Below are positions 5,749 to 6,710 of a stretch of 6,710 bases of DNA, in pieces; within the stretch, counting starts at the first letter, position 1; the number at the start of each line of letters is the position of its first letter. Location of the stretch: positions 1 through 6,710 of the forward strand of contig NW_021829249.1 of NCBI RefSeq assembly GCF_006345805.1, written 5' to 3'. The DNA comes from Octopus sinensis. Its lineage: Eukaryota. The position numbers were made by a program, and so were the translations under genes. The notes under the pieces are model-generated. The model saw nothing but the letters and a program-made list of their open reading frames with translations, was not told the origin of the DNA and ran no database searches.

Positions 5749-6151
5749 AATTCAATTGTATAATAATATATTAAGTTACAATTATACTTGTAACAAAATA
5801 TAATATTGAACAATCAGTTTAAGGTAGTAATATGTAAGATAATCGTATTTAACATGAAGTAACATCTGATTATACGAATATAATTTAATAATCGGCGAAC
5901 ATTTTGTGAAGATAAGGAGAAAGACGAGAATTACGATGTGGAGTCGATGAAATAAGAACAGCTTGTATACTGTAGCCTGTATCTGTGTATGTGAGAGAGT
6001 GTAGTACACATATGAATCAATAAATATGATTACATATGTGAAATTACATGCTTGTATATGTGGAAGGTGTCCATAACAATCTGGTACGTAACTATCTATC
6101 CTACAAGCTTGCAAGATAAATAGCTTAGGAGTTTGATTAGACAGGCAGAAA

Positions 6152-6172
6152 ACACACACACATACACACACA
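6152..6172. repeat. Short imperfect (CA)n
   Basis: Seen directly. Confidence 0.75.
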
Positions 6173-6367
6173 TCCATATGCATAAAAACCGTCACAGAGA
6201 TTTCTATGAACATATGTGAGTGAGATGTTACTTTCTGTTTGTGTGGGTAAAAGTGCTTGAGTATTTATGATAAATAGATAAGACTATCGTTTCGTTAGCA
6301 TTTTCCCCGAAATTAAGGACGTGATGCTCAGAATCCTGATCAAGTTTATATCTTATATCCTCATACA

Positions 6368-6597
6368 GGCGGCGAGCTGGCGGAAACGTTAGCACGGCGG
6401 GCGAAATGCTTAGCGGTATTTCGTCTGCCACTACGTTCTGAGTTCAAATTCCGCCGAGGTCGACTTTGCCTTTCATCCGTTCGGGGTCGATTAAATAAGT
6501 ACCGGTTTCGCACTGGGGTCGATGTAATCGATTTAATCCCTTTATCTGTCCTTGTTTGTCCCCTCTATGTTTAGCCCCTTGTGGCAATAAAGAAATA
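6368..6597 (+). mobile_element. SINE family A, full-length, tail type 1, with TSD
   Basis: Complete head, body and tail. TSD tttatatcttatatcctcata (6345-6365) versus tttatatattatatcctcata (6603-6623): 20/21 identical with a perfect 13-bp core. Confidence 0.95.
6378..6452 (+). promoter_or_regulatory. Putative Pol III A/B boxes of SINE family A
   Basis: A-box-like TGGCGGAAACG (6378-6388) and B-box-like GTTCAAATTCC (6442-6452; T instead of the tRNA C61). Spacing is longer than in a tRNA. The first T4 run lies just downstream at 6602-6605. Confidence 0.55.
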
Positions 6598-6710
6598 TAT
6601 ATTTTATATATTATATCCTCATATTCATATCTGGCCCCTATTTATCGTATTCATCATCACCAAAATGATAAAGGGCAAAAGCCCGTTTTTAAAAACAATT
6701 CTGTATATTC

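Noticed and set aside
1977-6090. TACGTA occurring four times
   Set aside because: About two are expected by base composition in 6.7 kb, and the spacing is irregular.
5782-6213. Longest ORF (143 aa, minus strand)
   Set aside because: AT-rich composition with a (TG)n-derived VCVCV stretch, Y/I/L bias and no motif; consistent with chance.
6671-6696. GGGC-AAAA-GCCC hairpin followed by GTTTTT, and the palindrome GTTTTTAAAAAC
   Set aside because: Looks like a bacterial intrinsic terminator, but the stem is only 4 bp and the context is eukaryotic non-coding DNA.

Overview
AT-rich eukaryotic non-coding DNA (intron or intergenic) with no supportable protein-coding gene. The repeats are ones I recognise from memory as octopus (coleoid cephalopod) genomic repeats; this is not verified by any search. 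About 2.5 kb (~37%) is transposon-derived. Family A is a tRNA-like-headed SINE present as eight monomers (266-415 +, 418-631 -, 685-890 -, 3149-3381 -, 5085-5303 +, 5348-5514 -, 5515-5748 -, 6368-6597 +) that share one body but carry three different 3' tails. Family B is a second SINE-like repeat present as two 3' fragments (61-230 -, 2030-2263 +). Family C is one intact tRNA-derived SINE (4023-4323 -) with a perfect 13-bp TSD. There is also a solo hAT-type terminus (2816-~2950) and several microsatellites. The listed ORFs are by-products of SINEs, microsatellites or low-complexity DNA. The most notable observations are a head-to-tail SINE dimer bracketed by one TSD pair (suggesting it moved as a unit), closely spaced inverted SINE pairs that would form long dsRNA if transcribed, modular domain and tail sharing among the SINEs, a 32-bp internal duplication templated by the SINE's own direct repeat, and a cluster of palindromes and direct repeats at 4605-4825. 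I do not see convincing evidence of a new gene system; the findings concern retroposon biology and candidate cis-elements.
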